Part shown: piece by piece, positions 37,159 to 45,382 of the stretch
Layout of the letters: each line of letters opens with the position of its first letter
Position numbering within the stretch: position 1 is the first letter of the stretch
Virus record (IMG/VR): IMGVR_UViG_2974520824_000001
Span: 7,539 to 71,538 of that record
Length of the DNA stretch: 64,000 nt
From: a virus
Strand: one strand, 5' to 3'
Position numbers and translations under genes: made by a program
Notes under the pieces: model-generated
The model's input: only the letters and a program-made list of their open reading frames with translations
What the model was told of the DNA's origin: nothing
Databases searched by the model: none

Positions 37159-37719
37159 ATGGCGAACGCCGTTCAAAAGGCCGAATCGATTGGCAAGATG
37201 GCTACAAAGTCAGGATGGAAAGGCGGCATGGATTCCGAAGTGCGCGAAGGCATTCGGATCACAAAGCTTGAACTTGTCCGAAACGAAGACGAGTACGCCT
37301 ATTTCATCTGGCACGGCTCAAAGCTGGTCGAATCGAACTATCAGATTTTCGACGGCCCGCTCATTCCCATCGATTCCAAACGTAAACTCCTGCAATACAT
37401 TTCGGGCTGGCCTAGTCTAATTGAACTGTTCCAGACATATCCCGAATTCAATCGGCCCATGCTTGTGCAGCAATTCCGCAAGCTGCCGTTTTCATTTGAA
37501 GATGACAATGACACGATCATCGATTCCCTTATAAACAAACAGCTTTGGTGGTACGAACATGAAGGTGCCACAATTCGTTACGATCAATCAAAACTCAAGC
37601 GCAACAGCAAGTTTCGCATCGTAGACATTGGGCACCGTAAGCTCTTTCACGCCGACTGCGAGCAGGCCGGTCTTCGATCATTTCATTTGGATACCTTGCT
37701 TGAGGTCCGTGAAAGATGA
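37159..37719 (+). CDS. hypothetical protein (186 aa)
   Basis: Leader GCAGAGAGGATGGATCGATG immediately after U14. Confidence 0.5.
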   Translation: MANAVQKAESIGKMATKSGWKGGMDSEVREGIRITKLELVRNEDEYAYFIWHGSKLVESNYQIFDGPLIPIDSKRKLLQYISGWPSLIELFQTYPEFNRPMLVQQFRKLPFSFEDDNDTIIDSLINKQLWWYEHEGATIRYDQSKLKRNSKFRIVDIGHRKLFHADCEQAGLRSFHLDTLLEVRER

Positions 37720-38081
37720 GTGCCGACAAGACAATTGGCGTCGGCCAGTGCCGAAAGTGTGGTCGGCCTGCGAGCCTATACAAAACTCACGTTTGCTACA
37801 CCTGTCGCGAAATCGAAAAGGCCGAACGCGAGGACCGTCTAAAGTCGTTGGCAGGCATGGTATCTGCCGACGCTGAGCAAGAGACGATCACGATTCCAAT
37901 TTCGGAATACGAGGGTCTGCTACGAAAAGCCATGAAGGTCAAGGCAATTCGTGAAAAGCTAGACGAATACCACATACGCAAAAAGCTGGTCAGTGCCCAT
38001 GTCACTCATGACCATCTACATCGATTGCGCCGCAAGACATTAGCAGAGATTTACCAACTAATTATCGCGAAAGAGGTCTGA
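37716..38081 (+). CDS. zinc-ribbon protein
   Basis: ATGA overlap; CRKCG...CYTC Cys pairs. Confidence 0.45.
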   Translation: MSADKTIGVGQCRKCGRPASLYKTHVCYTCREIEKAEREDRLKSLAGMVSADAEQETITIPISEYEGLLRKAMKVKAIREKLDEYHIRKKLVSAHVTHDHLHRLRRKTLAEIYQLIIAKEV

Positions 38082-39943
38082 TGGCTAAGGCGAGATTGTA
38101 TCGCGTTTCAAAAGCTGAGCTTGAGCTAGTCTCACCGGATAAGTCTGGGAGAGAACGCTTTCCGTTCAGCTATGAGTCAACCCTCGAAATTCGCGATCTG
38201 TGTCAGCAGCGCAAATGGCGTGTCTCCGTTGAGGAACGGCTCAAGGAATGGATCAAAAACGAGACGGCCAAACGGAATTGGGACTTTGATCTGATCCCGC
38301 TTGAGTCTCCGCTTGGAACTGCGTTGTCGCAGAGGTCATTTCAGCGTGACGGCATCAAGTTCGTCAATGAGCACAAGAGCGTTTTGATTGCGGATGAACC
38401 CGGCCTGGGAAAGACTCTGCAAGCGATGGGGTCTGTAATCCAAAGTGGCGTAACAGGTTCCGTGCTAGTCGTTGCACCGAAATCTGCGGCGTATGTGACG
38501 TGGCCTCACGAATTGGAAACGTGGTTCAGTGATGTTGCGCCCTTTGATGAATGGATCATCATTGGCGGTTCGATGACCAAGCTTCAAAGAGTGCGAGCCG
38601 TAAAGCGTGCTCTCCGTTGGGATATGGGCAAGGGTCGAATCGGTCCACGCCAATGGGTTATCGTGTCCCCCAACTACTTACGGATCAAAGCGCAGACCGA
38701 CAGGCGGGGGAATTTCGTCTACGACGATGACGGATCGAAGATTTATCGCCCTGTGCGAGAAGCGATCCCGGCTTTGTTGGCATTCGATTGGAAAGCGGTG
38801 ATTGTCGATGAAGCCCACCAAACCCTCAGTGGCGCAACAGGAGACGTCAAAAAGCAGTCTGCTCAGCGACAGGGACTTGGCCTACTTGAAACGGGTGATG
38901 ACGCGCTGCGAATCGCTGTCTCGGGTACGCCGTTTCGCGGAAAGCACGAAAACCTTTGGGGCATCCTAAATTGGTTGTACCCCAATGACTTTCGGCATTA
39001 TTGGCCGTGGGTTGATCGGCACTTCAATGTATACGTTGACCCGTTGAGCAATCAGCGAATCGTTGGTGAAGTCAAAGACATGGACAAGCTGCAAAATGAG
39101 TTGCGGCACATCATGATTCGACGCACCAAGCAAGAGGTTGCAAAGGAACTGCCGCGAAAGCGTTACGGTGGAACACCTTTGAAACTTGCCACCGGAAAGC
39201 CTGGGCCGATTGCTGTTTGGTTGGATATGGAAGGCCAACAGAAGAAAGCCTACGAATCGATGGTTCAATCAGCGATGGCCGAACTTGAAGGCGGCACGTT
39301 GATGGCGAACGGTGTTCTGGCAGAAATGATTCGGTTGAAGCAATTCGCCAACAGCTACGGATTCATCGGTGGCACAGACGAATTCTTTCCGACCTTCCCA
39401 TCCAACAAATTTGATTGGATCGTGGATTTTCTGGCCGAACGTGGCATCGACGGTAACGGACCTGGCGAGTCGAAAGTCATTATCGCAAGCCAGTTTACGA
39501 AGCACGTCAACCTGTTCTCTGATCGATTGAGAGAGCAACACAAAATTCCGACGTTCACACTGACCGGCGCAACCAAAAGCGACGAAAGGATAAGGCTCCA
39601 AAGGGATTTCCAGCGAAACCAACTAGACGACGGTTCACCGGCACCGGACGTTTTCTTTCTAAATACGATGGCCGGTGGTGTCTCGCTTACGCTTGACGCT
39701 GCGGATGATGTTGTCCTGATTGACAGTACGTTCAATCATGACGATCAGGAACAGGTAGAGAATCGTGCTCATCGATTGAGCCGACTGGATCACAACGTGA
39801 CGATCTGGAACTTGGCCTCTACCAACAGCATTGACGAATCCATTGCACGTCACACGTTCCAAATGGATACGTCGATCAAACAAATCCTTGATGGCGAGCG
39901 CGGGGTCGATTTCGCCCGAATGCTGTTGAGTGATGCAATGTGA
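38081..39943 (+). CDS. SNF2-family (Rad54-like) helicase/ATPase
   Basis: DEPGLGKT (motif I), VIVDEAHQ (DEAH-like motif II), C-terminal helicase domain; 620 aa. Confidence 0.75.
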   Translation: MAKARLYRVSKAELELVSPDKSGRERFPFSYESTLEIRDLCQQRKWRVSVEERLKEWIKNETAKRNWDFDLIPLESPLGTALSQRSFQRDGIKFVNEHKSVLIADEPGLGKTLQAMGSVIQSGVTGSVLVVAPKSAAYVTWPHELETWFSDVAPFDEWIIIGGSMTKLQRVRAVKRALRWDMGKGRIGPRQWVIVSPNYLRIKAQTDRRGNFVYDDDGSKIYRPVREAIPALLAFDWKAVIVDEAHQTLSGATGDVKKQSAQRQGLGLLETGDDALRIAVSGTPFRGKHENLWGILNWLYPNDFRHYWPWVDRHFNVYVDPLSNQRIVGEVKDMDKLQNELRHIMIRRTKQEVAKELPRKRYGGTPLKLATGKPGPIAVWLDMEGQQKKAYESMVQSAMAELEGGTLMANGVLAEMIRLKQFANSYGFIGGTDEFFPTFPSNKFDWIVDFLAERGIDGNGPGESKVIIASQFTKHVNLFSDRLREQHKIPTFTLTGATKSDERIRLQRDFQRNQLDDGSPAPDVFFLNTMAGGVSLTLDAADDVVLIDSTFNHDDQEQVENRAHRLSRLDHNVTIWNLASTNSIDESIARHTFQMDTSIKQILDGERGVDFARMLLSDAM

Positions 39944-40308
39944 TAGAGGGATTCATTTATGGGTTCTGTTGTGGCGCAAGCCTTTTTAGCCTACTTGGTT
40001 GGCGTGTCCATCGGCGTATGTGCGCTCGTATCGACCGTCACCGTGAGCAGGAGATTGAAGCGCGTCGTCTCGAAATTCAAAGGGACGCATACGATTACGG
40101 AGTGACTGACGAATCCCCGCCTGGTGCGGGACCGGAGGCCGACGAATCTAGTTTGTTTGCAACTCATCCCGGCACGATGTACCTAGACCACATGGCCGAG
40201 AGAATTGCCAAAAATCTGCCCGAACACGTTGACTCTCACCAGTTTTCGACTACACTGGACAACGTCACAGGGTCGCAAGGCCAGACATCAGAAATCGACG
40301 GAAGGTAG
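39940..40308 (+). CDS. hypothetical protein
   Basis: ATGA overlap with helicase stop; weak. Confidence 0.3.
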   Translation: MIEGFIYGFCCGASLFSLLGWRVHRRMCARIDRHREQEIEARRLEIQRDAYDYGVTDESPPGAGPEADESSLFATHPGTMYLDHMAERIAKNLPEHVDSHQFSTTLDNVTGSQGQTSEIDGR

Positions 40309-40311
40309 TTC

Positions 40312-40806
40312 ATGAGTACCGATGTGGCAGAAGCCAATTCGACTGAAACCGAAGCCCCCAAGTCCACGAAGAAGCGTGGCGGCCAGCGCGGCGAGCGTCC
40401 GTGGCGTCCGAAGCCGACCGCACGCGAGCGCGTGATGACTCAGAGCCTCGCGGATTATGTGCGGGAGGAAACGGGCAAGGAGGTTTCGCCGGAAACCGTT
40501 CGCGCCATTCGTTTTTGCCTGCCGAAGTGGTCGAATGCGGATTCCACGAAGAAGCTCCGCGACAACATGGACAAGAAGCTTGAGAAGGCCAAGCTTCAAG
40601 ACAAGCGCGAGAAGGCACTTGCCATGCTGCGTGAGGCTGAGTCCGAGCTTGGAAAGTTCGACGGTGACGCCGATCTGGACGACGACGACGAAGACGAGGA
40701 CGACGACGAGGACGCCGAAAACGTTGACTACGACGACGATTCGGACGATTCCGACGACGACGAAGACATCTTCGGCGACGACAAGGTGAGCGCGGACTTC
40801 TCGTAA
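40312..40806 (+). CDS. hypothetical protein, basic N-terminus and poly-Asp/Glu C-terminal tail
   Basis: 164 aa; DADLDDDDEDEDDDEDAENVDYDDDSDDSDDDED tail. Confidence 0.45.
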   Translation: MSTDVAEANSTETEAPKSTKKRGGQRGERPWRPKPTARERVMTQSLADYVREETGKEVSPETVRAIRFCLPKWSNADSTKKLRDNMDKKLEKAKLQDKREKALAMLREAESELGKFDGDADLDDDDEDEDDDEDAENVDYDDDSDDSDDDEDIFGDDKVSADFS

Positions 40807-40809
40807 ACC

Positions 40810-40825
40810 TGCCCACCAGTGGGTA
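40810..40825. repeat. 16-bp palindrome copy 3 (TGCCCACCAGTGGGTA), intergenic, 3 nt after stop
   Basis: 15/16 match to palindrome; followed by GTGCGA as in copy 5. Confidence 0.75.
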
Positions 40826-40848
40826 AGTGCGACAACTGAATAAGACGA

Positions 40849-40898
40849 CCCCTCAGGCCCGGTGGCCATCCTCTCCTGGGTCTGAGGGTTCAAAAAGG
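40849..40898 (+). terminator. long GC hairpin, possible terminator
   Basis: CCCCTCAGGCCC...GGGTCTGAGGG; no U-tract. Confidence 0.25.
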
Positions 40899-41030
40899 TT
40901 GCAGGGCAATCGATCTCACTACCGCGATGCTAACCCCATCGTTGAGGCTACGGCAATGTAGTGATGTCCTGCAATCTCTTTGAATGAACGGGTCGAAATA
41001 GCAGGGTCGATGAAGAAACAGGTGGTATAG

Positions 41031-42062
41031 GTGAATGCTGTTCCGTTGCTTCGGAATTCAGAACGCACGGACTTTCGGCGGTGCCCGCAACGGTGGCACT
41101 GGCGTTGGAATGAATATCTAGTTCCAATCGAATTGAACCACGGCCCATTGGTTTTCGGAACCTTTGGGCATTTGGCGCTGGCCGAGTGGTATAAGCCTGG
41201 GACCAAGCGCGGGCCGCATCCTGCCGAGACGTGGGATCGAATCACCGAAGATTTCATGGATCAAATTCGTGTTCCCACAACGGGTTACATCGATGAAGAT
41301 ACCGAAATGTCTTGGGAGGACGCACGTTCCCTGGGCCACGATCTTCTCGTCAACTACGTGGATTACTATGGGACAGACGATCATTGGGAAGTTCTGTGGG
41401 TTGAGCGTCCTGGTGACGAATTGATTCGACACCCCTATGACAAGTCGAAAGCCATTGTGCGCTATGCGTTTACGATGGATTTGATTGTTCGCGATCATGC
41501 GGCCAACGGTCGGATTCGCTACGTCGATCACAAGTTCATGAAAGCCATTGAGAAGCGCCATCTTTGGATCGATTCTCAGAACGGCGGCTACCTGGCAATC
41601 GGGACTCACCAGCTACGTAAAGATGGAGTGATCGGCCCGAAAGAGGCAGTCCGCGATCTGGTCTACAATTTCGTGCGGAAAGCGCGCTACCCCGACAAAG
41701 AGCGAAATCACTTGGGGGAGTGGCTAAATAAGGATGGTACGCCGAGCAAGCGCCAGCCGCCGCCATTCTTTGACCGAGTGCCAATCACGAAGACCGCGAA
41801 AGAGCGCAATCAGCAAATCGTTCATATCGGAAATGAAGCCTTGCACATGAAGGCTTTTCGCGATGGCCGACTTCCGTTGCATAAGAATCCCTCTCGCGAC
41901 TGTGCTTGGGATTGCTCGTTTTTCACGCTCTGTGGCATTCATGAGTCAGGCGGGGATGTCGAAGGTACGAAGAAAGTTCTGTTTAGAACAGAAGACCCGT
42001 ACCAGGAATACAAGGATCATTCCAAGTCAACCAAGACTCTTGAAAGGCGACTCAACGAATGA
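41031..42062 (+). CDS. Cas4-like / RecB-family PD-(D/E)XK exonuclease
   Basis: N-terminal Cys (RRCPQRW) plus C-terminal CAWDCSFFTLC cluster; VDHK motif; 343 aa. Confidence 0.55.
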   Translation: MNAVPLLRNSERTDFRRCPQRWHWRWNEYLVPIELNHGPLVFGTFGHLALAEWYKPGTKRGPHPAETWDRITEDFMDQIRVPTTGYIDEDTEMSWEDARSLGHDLLVNYVDYYGTDDHWEVLWVERPGDELIRHPYDKSKAIVRYAFTMDLIVRDHAANGRIRYVDHKFMKAIEKRHLWIDSQNGGYLAIGTHQLRKDGVIGPKEAVRDLVYNFVRKARYPDKERNHLGEWLNKDGTPSKRQPPPFFDRVPITKTAKERNQQIVHIGNEALHMKAFRDGRLPLHKNPSRDCAWDCSFFTLCGIHESGGDVEGTKKVLFRTEDPYQEYKDHSKSTKTLERRLNE

Positions 42063-42895
42063 CCGATATTCCATTGCCAGACAACATCGTTGATCTGGAA
42101 TCGATCACCGCTCACCCGAACATTCTTCTGTTCTCAAAACCCAAGGCGGGCAAGACAACTTGGGCATGTTCAGACGACGACGTTCTACTCATCAACTGCG
42201 AGGTTGAGGGTGAAATCAGCGCGGCCAACTCTGACATCGTTGGAAAGCACGTAAAGCAATGGCGCGTAAGGAAATACGAGGACTTTCAGGCCGCGAAGGA
42301 TTGGCTGATCGAAACAGAACGTAAGTACGGCAAAATCCCGTTCAAATGGGTTGTCGTGGATACTATTACGACTCTGCAAGATCGACAGCTCATGCGCTAC
42401 ATCTTGGATAAGATGTTGGCTAAGAAGCCATCCCGAAACAAGTACATTCCCGATCAGCCCGAATACCTTGAGAACCAACTAACTTTGGTGCAGGACATCA
42501 AAGAACTGTGCGACCTCCCGGTGAACGTGATTCTGACCGCTCACACGATGATGCACGAAGACCCCGACGGCAATTCATTTTACTTCCCCAAGATTCAGGG
42601 GAAGAAATTTGAAGTGGCACAAGCGATTATCGCGATGATGACCAGCTACGGGTACATGTACGTCAAGGACCGGATGACGACGAAAGATGGGAAGAAAGTT
42701 CCGGTCATTCAGGGCGGTCGAAAGATCAAGGACCGCTACATCATGTGGGAAGATTCGGGTCATATGCAGGGAGGCGATAGAACCGGAGTTTTGGGTCAAT
42801 ACACGAAAAACCTTACGCTCAAAGAACTTTCAGAGCGATTGCAGAAGAAAGCCGAAGAAGTGGCACAAGCCAAAGCGGCAGAACAGAAAGGGTAG
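42059..42895 (+). CDS. RecA-like / AAA ATPase (Sak4-like recombination protein candidate)
   Basis: Walker A SKPKAGKTT, Walker B WVVVDTITTL; ATGA overlap with nuclease. Confidence 0.5.
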   Translation: MTDIPLPDNIVDLESITAHPNILLFSKPKAGKTTWACSDDDVLLINCEVEGEISAANSDIVGKHVKQWRVRKYEDFQAAKDWLIETERKYGKIPFKWVVVDTITTLQDRQLMRYILDKMLAKKPSRNKYIPDQPEYLENQLTLVQDIKELCDLPVNVILTAHTMMHEDPDGNSFYFPKIQGKKFEVAQAIIAMMTSYGYMYVKDRMTTKDGKKVPVIQGGRKIKDRYIMWEDSGHMQGGDRTGVLGQYTKNLTLKELSERLQKKAEEVAQAKAAEQKG

Positions 42896-42901
42896 GAAAA
42901 G

Positions 42902-43594
42902 ATGCCAGTCATCAAGCCTAAGAACGACCTTCGGAATGAGGAATCCGGTGTTTATTCCGGCCCGCTTCCGAAGGCTGGCCCGTACAAGGGTGTCGTTAAT
43001 GGCATGTGGTACAACACAATCAAGAAGGGCGATAACGCCGGGGAGGATCAGTACACGGTTTCGGTGAAGATCACCGAAGGCCAGTACAAGGGATTCACCA
43101 CCCTGCACAATCTGCCCCAATTGAAGCAAAACGGTTGGAGCACAAACCAATTCCTTGACGCCATGACCGATGGCTCCGAGAAGCAGCGCAAGTTGCTGCG
43201 GGATTGGTTCTACGACAACGGTTGCGACGTTGCGCCCGACGATGAGGCCAACAAGATCGGTGTTCCGGTGCGGAAGATTCTTTCGCCCAAGGGTCCAAAG
43301 GCCAAGGGGTTCACGCCCGTTGGTAAGGAAATCGGGTTCATTCTCAAAAAGGACAACTACGGCGATCAGGAACGCATGATCGTTGACCGGTTCGTTCTGA
43401 ACGTGAATGATCCTGAGCCGGAACAGGAATCGGACGACGACAATCTCGGTGCGCCTGAGGACGATTCCACCCCTGATGATTCCACGCCGGATACCGATGC
43501 GGCAGAGGATGATTCGACCGAAGACGTTGACACCGAGGATTCGCCGCCGAGTGAAGACGGTGACGGTGACGACGACGACGATCCCTGGTCGTAA
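42902..43594 (+). CDS. possible ssDNA-binding protein (acidic C-terminal tail ending DDDDDPWS)
   Basis: Position after nuclease/ATPase pair; SSB-like acidic tail; fold not verifiable. Confidence 0.35.
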   Translation: MPVIKPKNDLRNEESGVYSGPLPKAGPYKGVVNGMWYNTIKKGDNAGEDQYTVSVKITEGQYKGFTTLHNLPQLKQNGWSTNQFLDAMTDGSEKQRKLLRDWFYDNGCDVAPDDEANKIGVPVRKILSPKGPKAKGFTPVGKEIGFILKKDNYGDQERMIVDRFVLNVNDPEPEQESDDDNLGAPEDDSTPDDSTPDTDAAEDDSTEDVDTEDSPPSEDGDGDDDDDPWS

Positions 43595-43632
43595 AACCAA
43601 GGGGCACAATTAAATAGGGCCGCTACTGGAAT

Positions 43633-43660
43633 GGGGCAGGCTTTCGGGTCTGCCCCTTTT
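43633..43660 (+). terminator. rho-independent terminator
   Basis: GGGGCAGGC-TTTCGG-GTCTGCCCC followed by TTTT. Confidence 0.65.
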
Positions 43661-43697
43661 CCAGACCTTTGAGTGTGAGAGAATGTGAGGAAACCTC

Positions 43698-43892
43698 ATG
43701 CCGCACATACAGATTGAAGTCAACTATCCGGTTGACCTGAAACACTATCCAGGGATCGAAAGTGCAACAGAGGCAATGCTTTTCGATTGCCGACAGATCG
43801 AATCGGGAGACGGAGACATCGGTCTTCTAATCGAAAACGATCTGAAAATCGTTGGCGTAGTTGATGATGAGGGAAACCTACATGAGCTCTGA
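43698..43892 (+). CDS. hypothetical small protein
   Basis: GAGGAAACCTCATG RBS. Confidence 0.4.
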   Translation: MPHIQIEVNYPVDLKHYPGIESATEAMLFDCRQIESGDGDIGLLIENDLKIVGVVDDEGNLHEL

Positions 43893-44151
43893 AATCACAA
43901 TTACGTTGCCGCTCAGCGTTTTTGGTGATGCTTCCGTTGATGAGGTAATCAAGGGAATCAAAGAACGCGAGTCGGCCATGCGAGTGGTAAACGAACTCAA
44001 GGGTGCCGTTGAGCGCCAACGAACCGCGATGAGCAATTTGATTCAATCGCTGAATCAGATCATCGAATCAGACCTGGAACCGTTCAGCAAGTTCCAGCAA
44101 CTCCGTCAATTGCAAACGGAGGCAAACAATTTCATGAGAGGGTCGATATGA
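43882..44151 (+). CDS. hypothetical small protein
   Basis: ATG after GAGGGAAACCTAC; in frame with track ORF 43861. Confidence 0.4.
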   Translation: MSSEITITLPLSVFGDASVDEVIKGIKERESAMRVVNELKGAVERQRTAMSNLIQSLNQIIESDLEPFSKFQQLRQLQTEANNFMRGSI

Positions 44152-44756
44152 CAGAGACAGGGCAGCGAATGTATTTCGGTGACGCGAACCGGATTTCGAT
44201 TCCGACGCCGGAAAACCAAGTGCCGCAACCGAATCACGATCCGTTCCACGGTTGGGTTACGATGGATGGCCGGTTCACCGAGCAAGCCTCTTTCGTAATC
44301 GAATGGGCACTAAAGGTTTTGGCGAAGGGTTGCTTCGTCAACTCCAAAGCTCACGGTTGGTACGAGCCGTACATGCAACAGGCCACCGTGGACGGCGACA
44401 CCGTAAATGTGTTGGGGCAGCGTAACTTTGGTGAAGTGATGGCCCTTATCACTTCCGAGGTTTCCGAAGCCTTTGAGGAATTCCGCAACGGCGATGACCA
44501 GACGCGGATTTACTACAAGGCCAAGCGTCCCGATGGCTCTGAGTGGAAATGGGAAGGGCCGCAACAACTTACGGATAATGAAACCGGTGAGCAGACTTTG
44601 GGCAAACCCGAAGGAATCGCCGCCGAGTTGGCCGACGTTCTGATCCGCGTTTTGGATTACGTTGGGGCATACGGGATTCCGATTTCGGATGCGGTTTTGC
44701 AGAAACATCACTACAATCAGACACGTCCCTATCGACACGGAGGTAAGTTGGCATGA
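44148..44756 (+). CDS. MazG-like nucleotide pyrophosphohydrolase
   Basis: EVSEAFEE (E-x-x-E metal motif) and ELADVLIRVLD segments typical of MazG/NTP-PPase fold. Confidence 0.5.
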   Translation: MTETGQRMYFGDANRISIPTPENQVPQPNHDPFHGWVTMDGRFTEQASFVIEWALKVLAKGCFVNSKAHGWYEPYMQQATVDGDTVNVLGQRNFGEVMALITSEVSEAFEEFRNGDDQTRIYYKAKRPDGSEWKWEGPQQLTDNETGEQTLGKPEGIAAELADVLIRVLDYVGAYGIPISDAVLQKHHYNQTRPYRHGGKLA

Positions 44757-45184
44757 AGGTATTTGGAATCAGCGGAGCAGAGGCCGAGGGAATTCTCGCC
44801 AATGGCGGTTCAATGGAGGACGTGATCGCAGCGGCAATTCGCGGCGGGGAAGTCACCGGAGAAGAAGCCGAAAAGGTAACGGAGGCAATCGGTTACAGCA
44901 AAAAGTCCAAGGGGTCGAAGTCGGCTGTTGAGGCCGAAAAGGCGATGATTATTGAATTGCTCGTCGTGGCATTCAAGCACGCCTATGTTCGGACCACGAA
45001 AGTCTTTGGCATTCAAGGCAATCCGGACATCGTTCGCGGAATGTTGGCTCATTCGCTGGCGTCGGATGAAGGTCTGCCGGATGACAAGCTCAAGCCGATG
45101 TACGACGAATTGCTGCCGAAGGTGTTTGAAGCCCTTGGTATGCAGTTCAATCCGTACAGCGACATCGGTCTGAACACTCACTGA
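44753..45184 (+). CDS. hypothetical protein
   Basis: ATGA overlap. Confidence 0.4.
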   Translation: MKVFGISGAEAEGILANGGSMEDVIAAAIRGGEVTGEEAEKVTEAIGYSKKSKGSKSAVEAEKAMIIELLVVAFKHAYVRTTKVFGIQGNPDIVRGMLAHSLASDEGLPDDKLKPMYDELLPKVFEALGMQFNPYSDIGLNTH

Positions 45185-45381
45185 TGCCCAAAAGTGATGT
45201 GGCCCTGTCCATCGCGGACAGGACACCGGGCCATCCTGAAATGAAACTGCAAGTGGCCGAAGACAATTGGACCTTGCAGTGTGGTGGAGAGTCAATGACC
45301 CTTCCGAGCGCGACAGCCGCAATGGCAGCAAAAACCTTGCTGGACAAAGGACTTCGCGCCGTATCAGAAATGAGTATGTAA
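45184..45381 (+). CDS. hypothetical small protein
   Basis: ATG abutting upstream TGA. Confidence 0.3.
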   Translation: MPKSDVALSIADRTPGHPEMKLQVAEDNWTLQCGGESMTLPSATAAMAAKTLLDKGLRAVSEMSM

Positions 45382-45382
45382 G

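Noticed and set aside
27490-37160. Reading each GGTTCGATTCC-containing element as a genuine tRNA gene, which would give a 15-tRNA cluster
   Set aside because: Only 36834-36905 has room for and shows an anticodon arm. The others have 9-20 nt between acceptor strand and T-arm, so no anticodon can form.
27490-37160. CRISPR array or attP sites built from tRNA 3' halves
   Set aside because: Spacing is irregular (300-1200 bp) with ORFs between repeats, so this is not a repeat-spacer structure. The elements include the 5' acceptor strand, which integrase attP cores do not. No integrase or recombinase gene is present.
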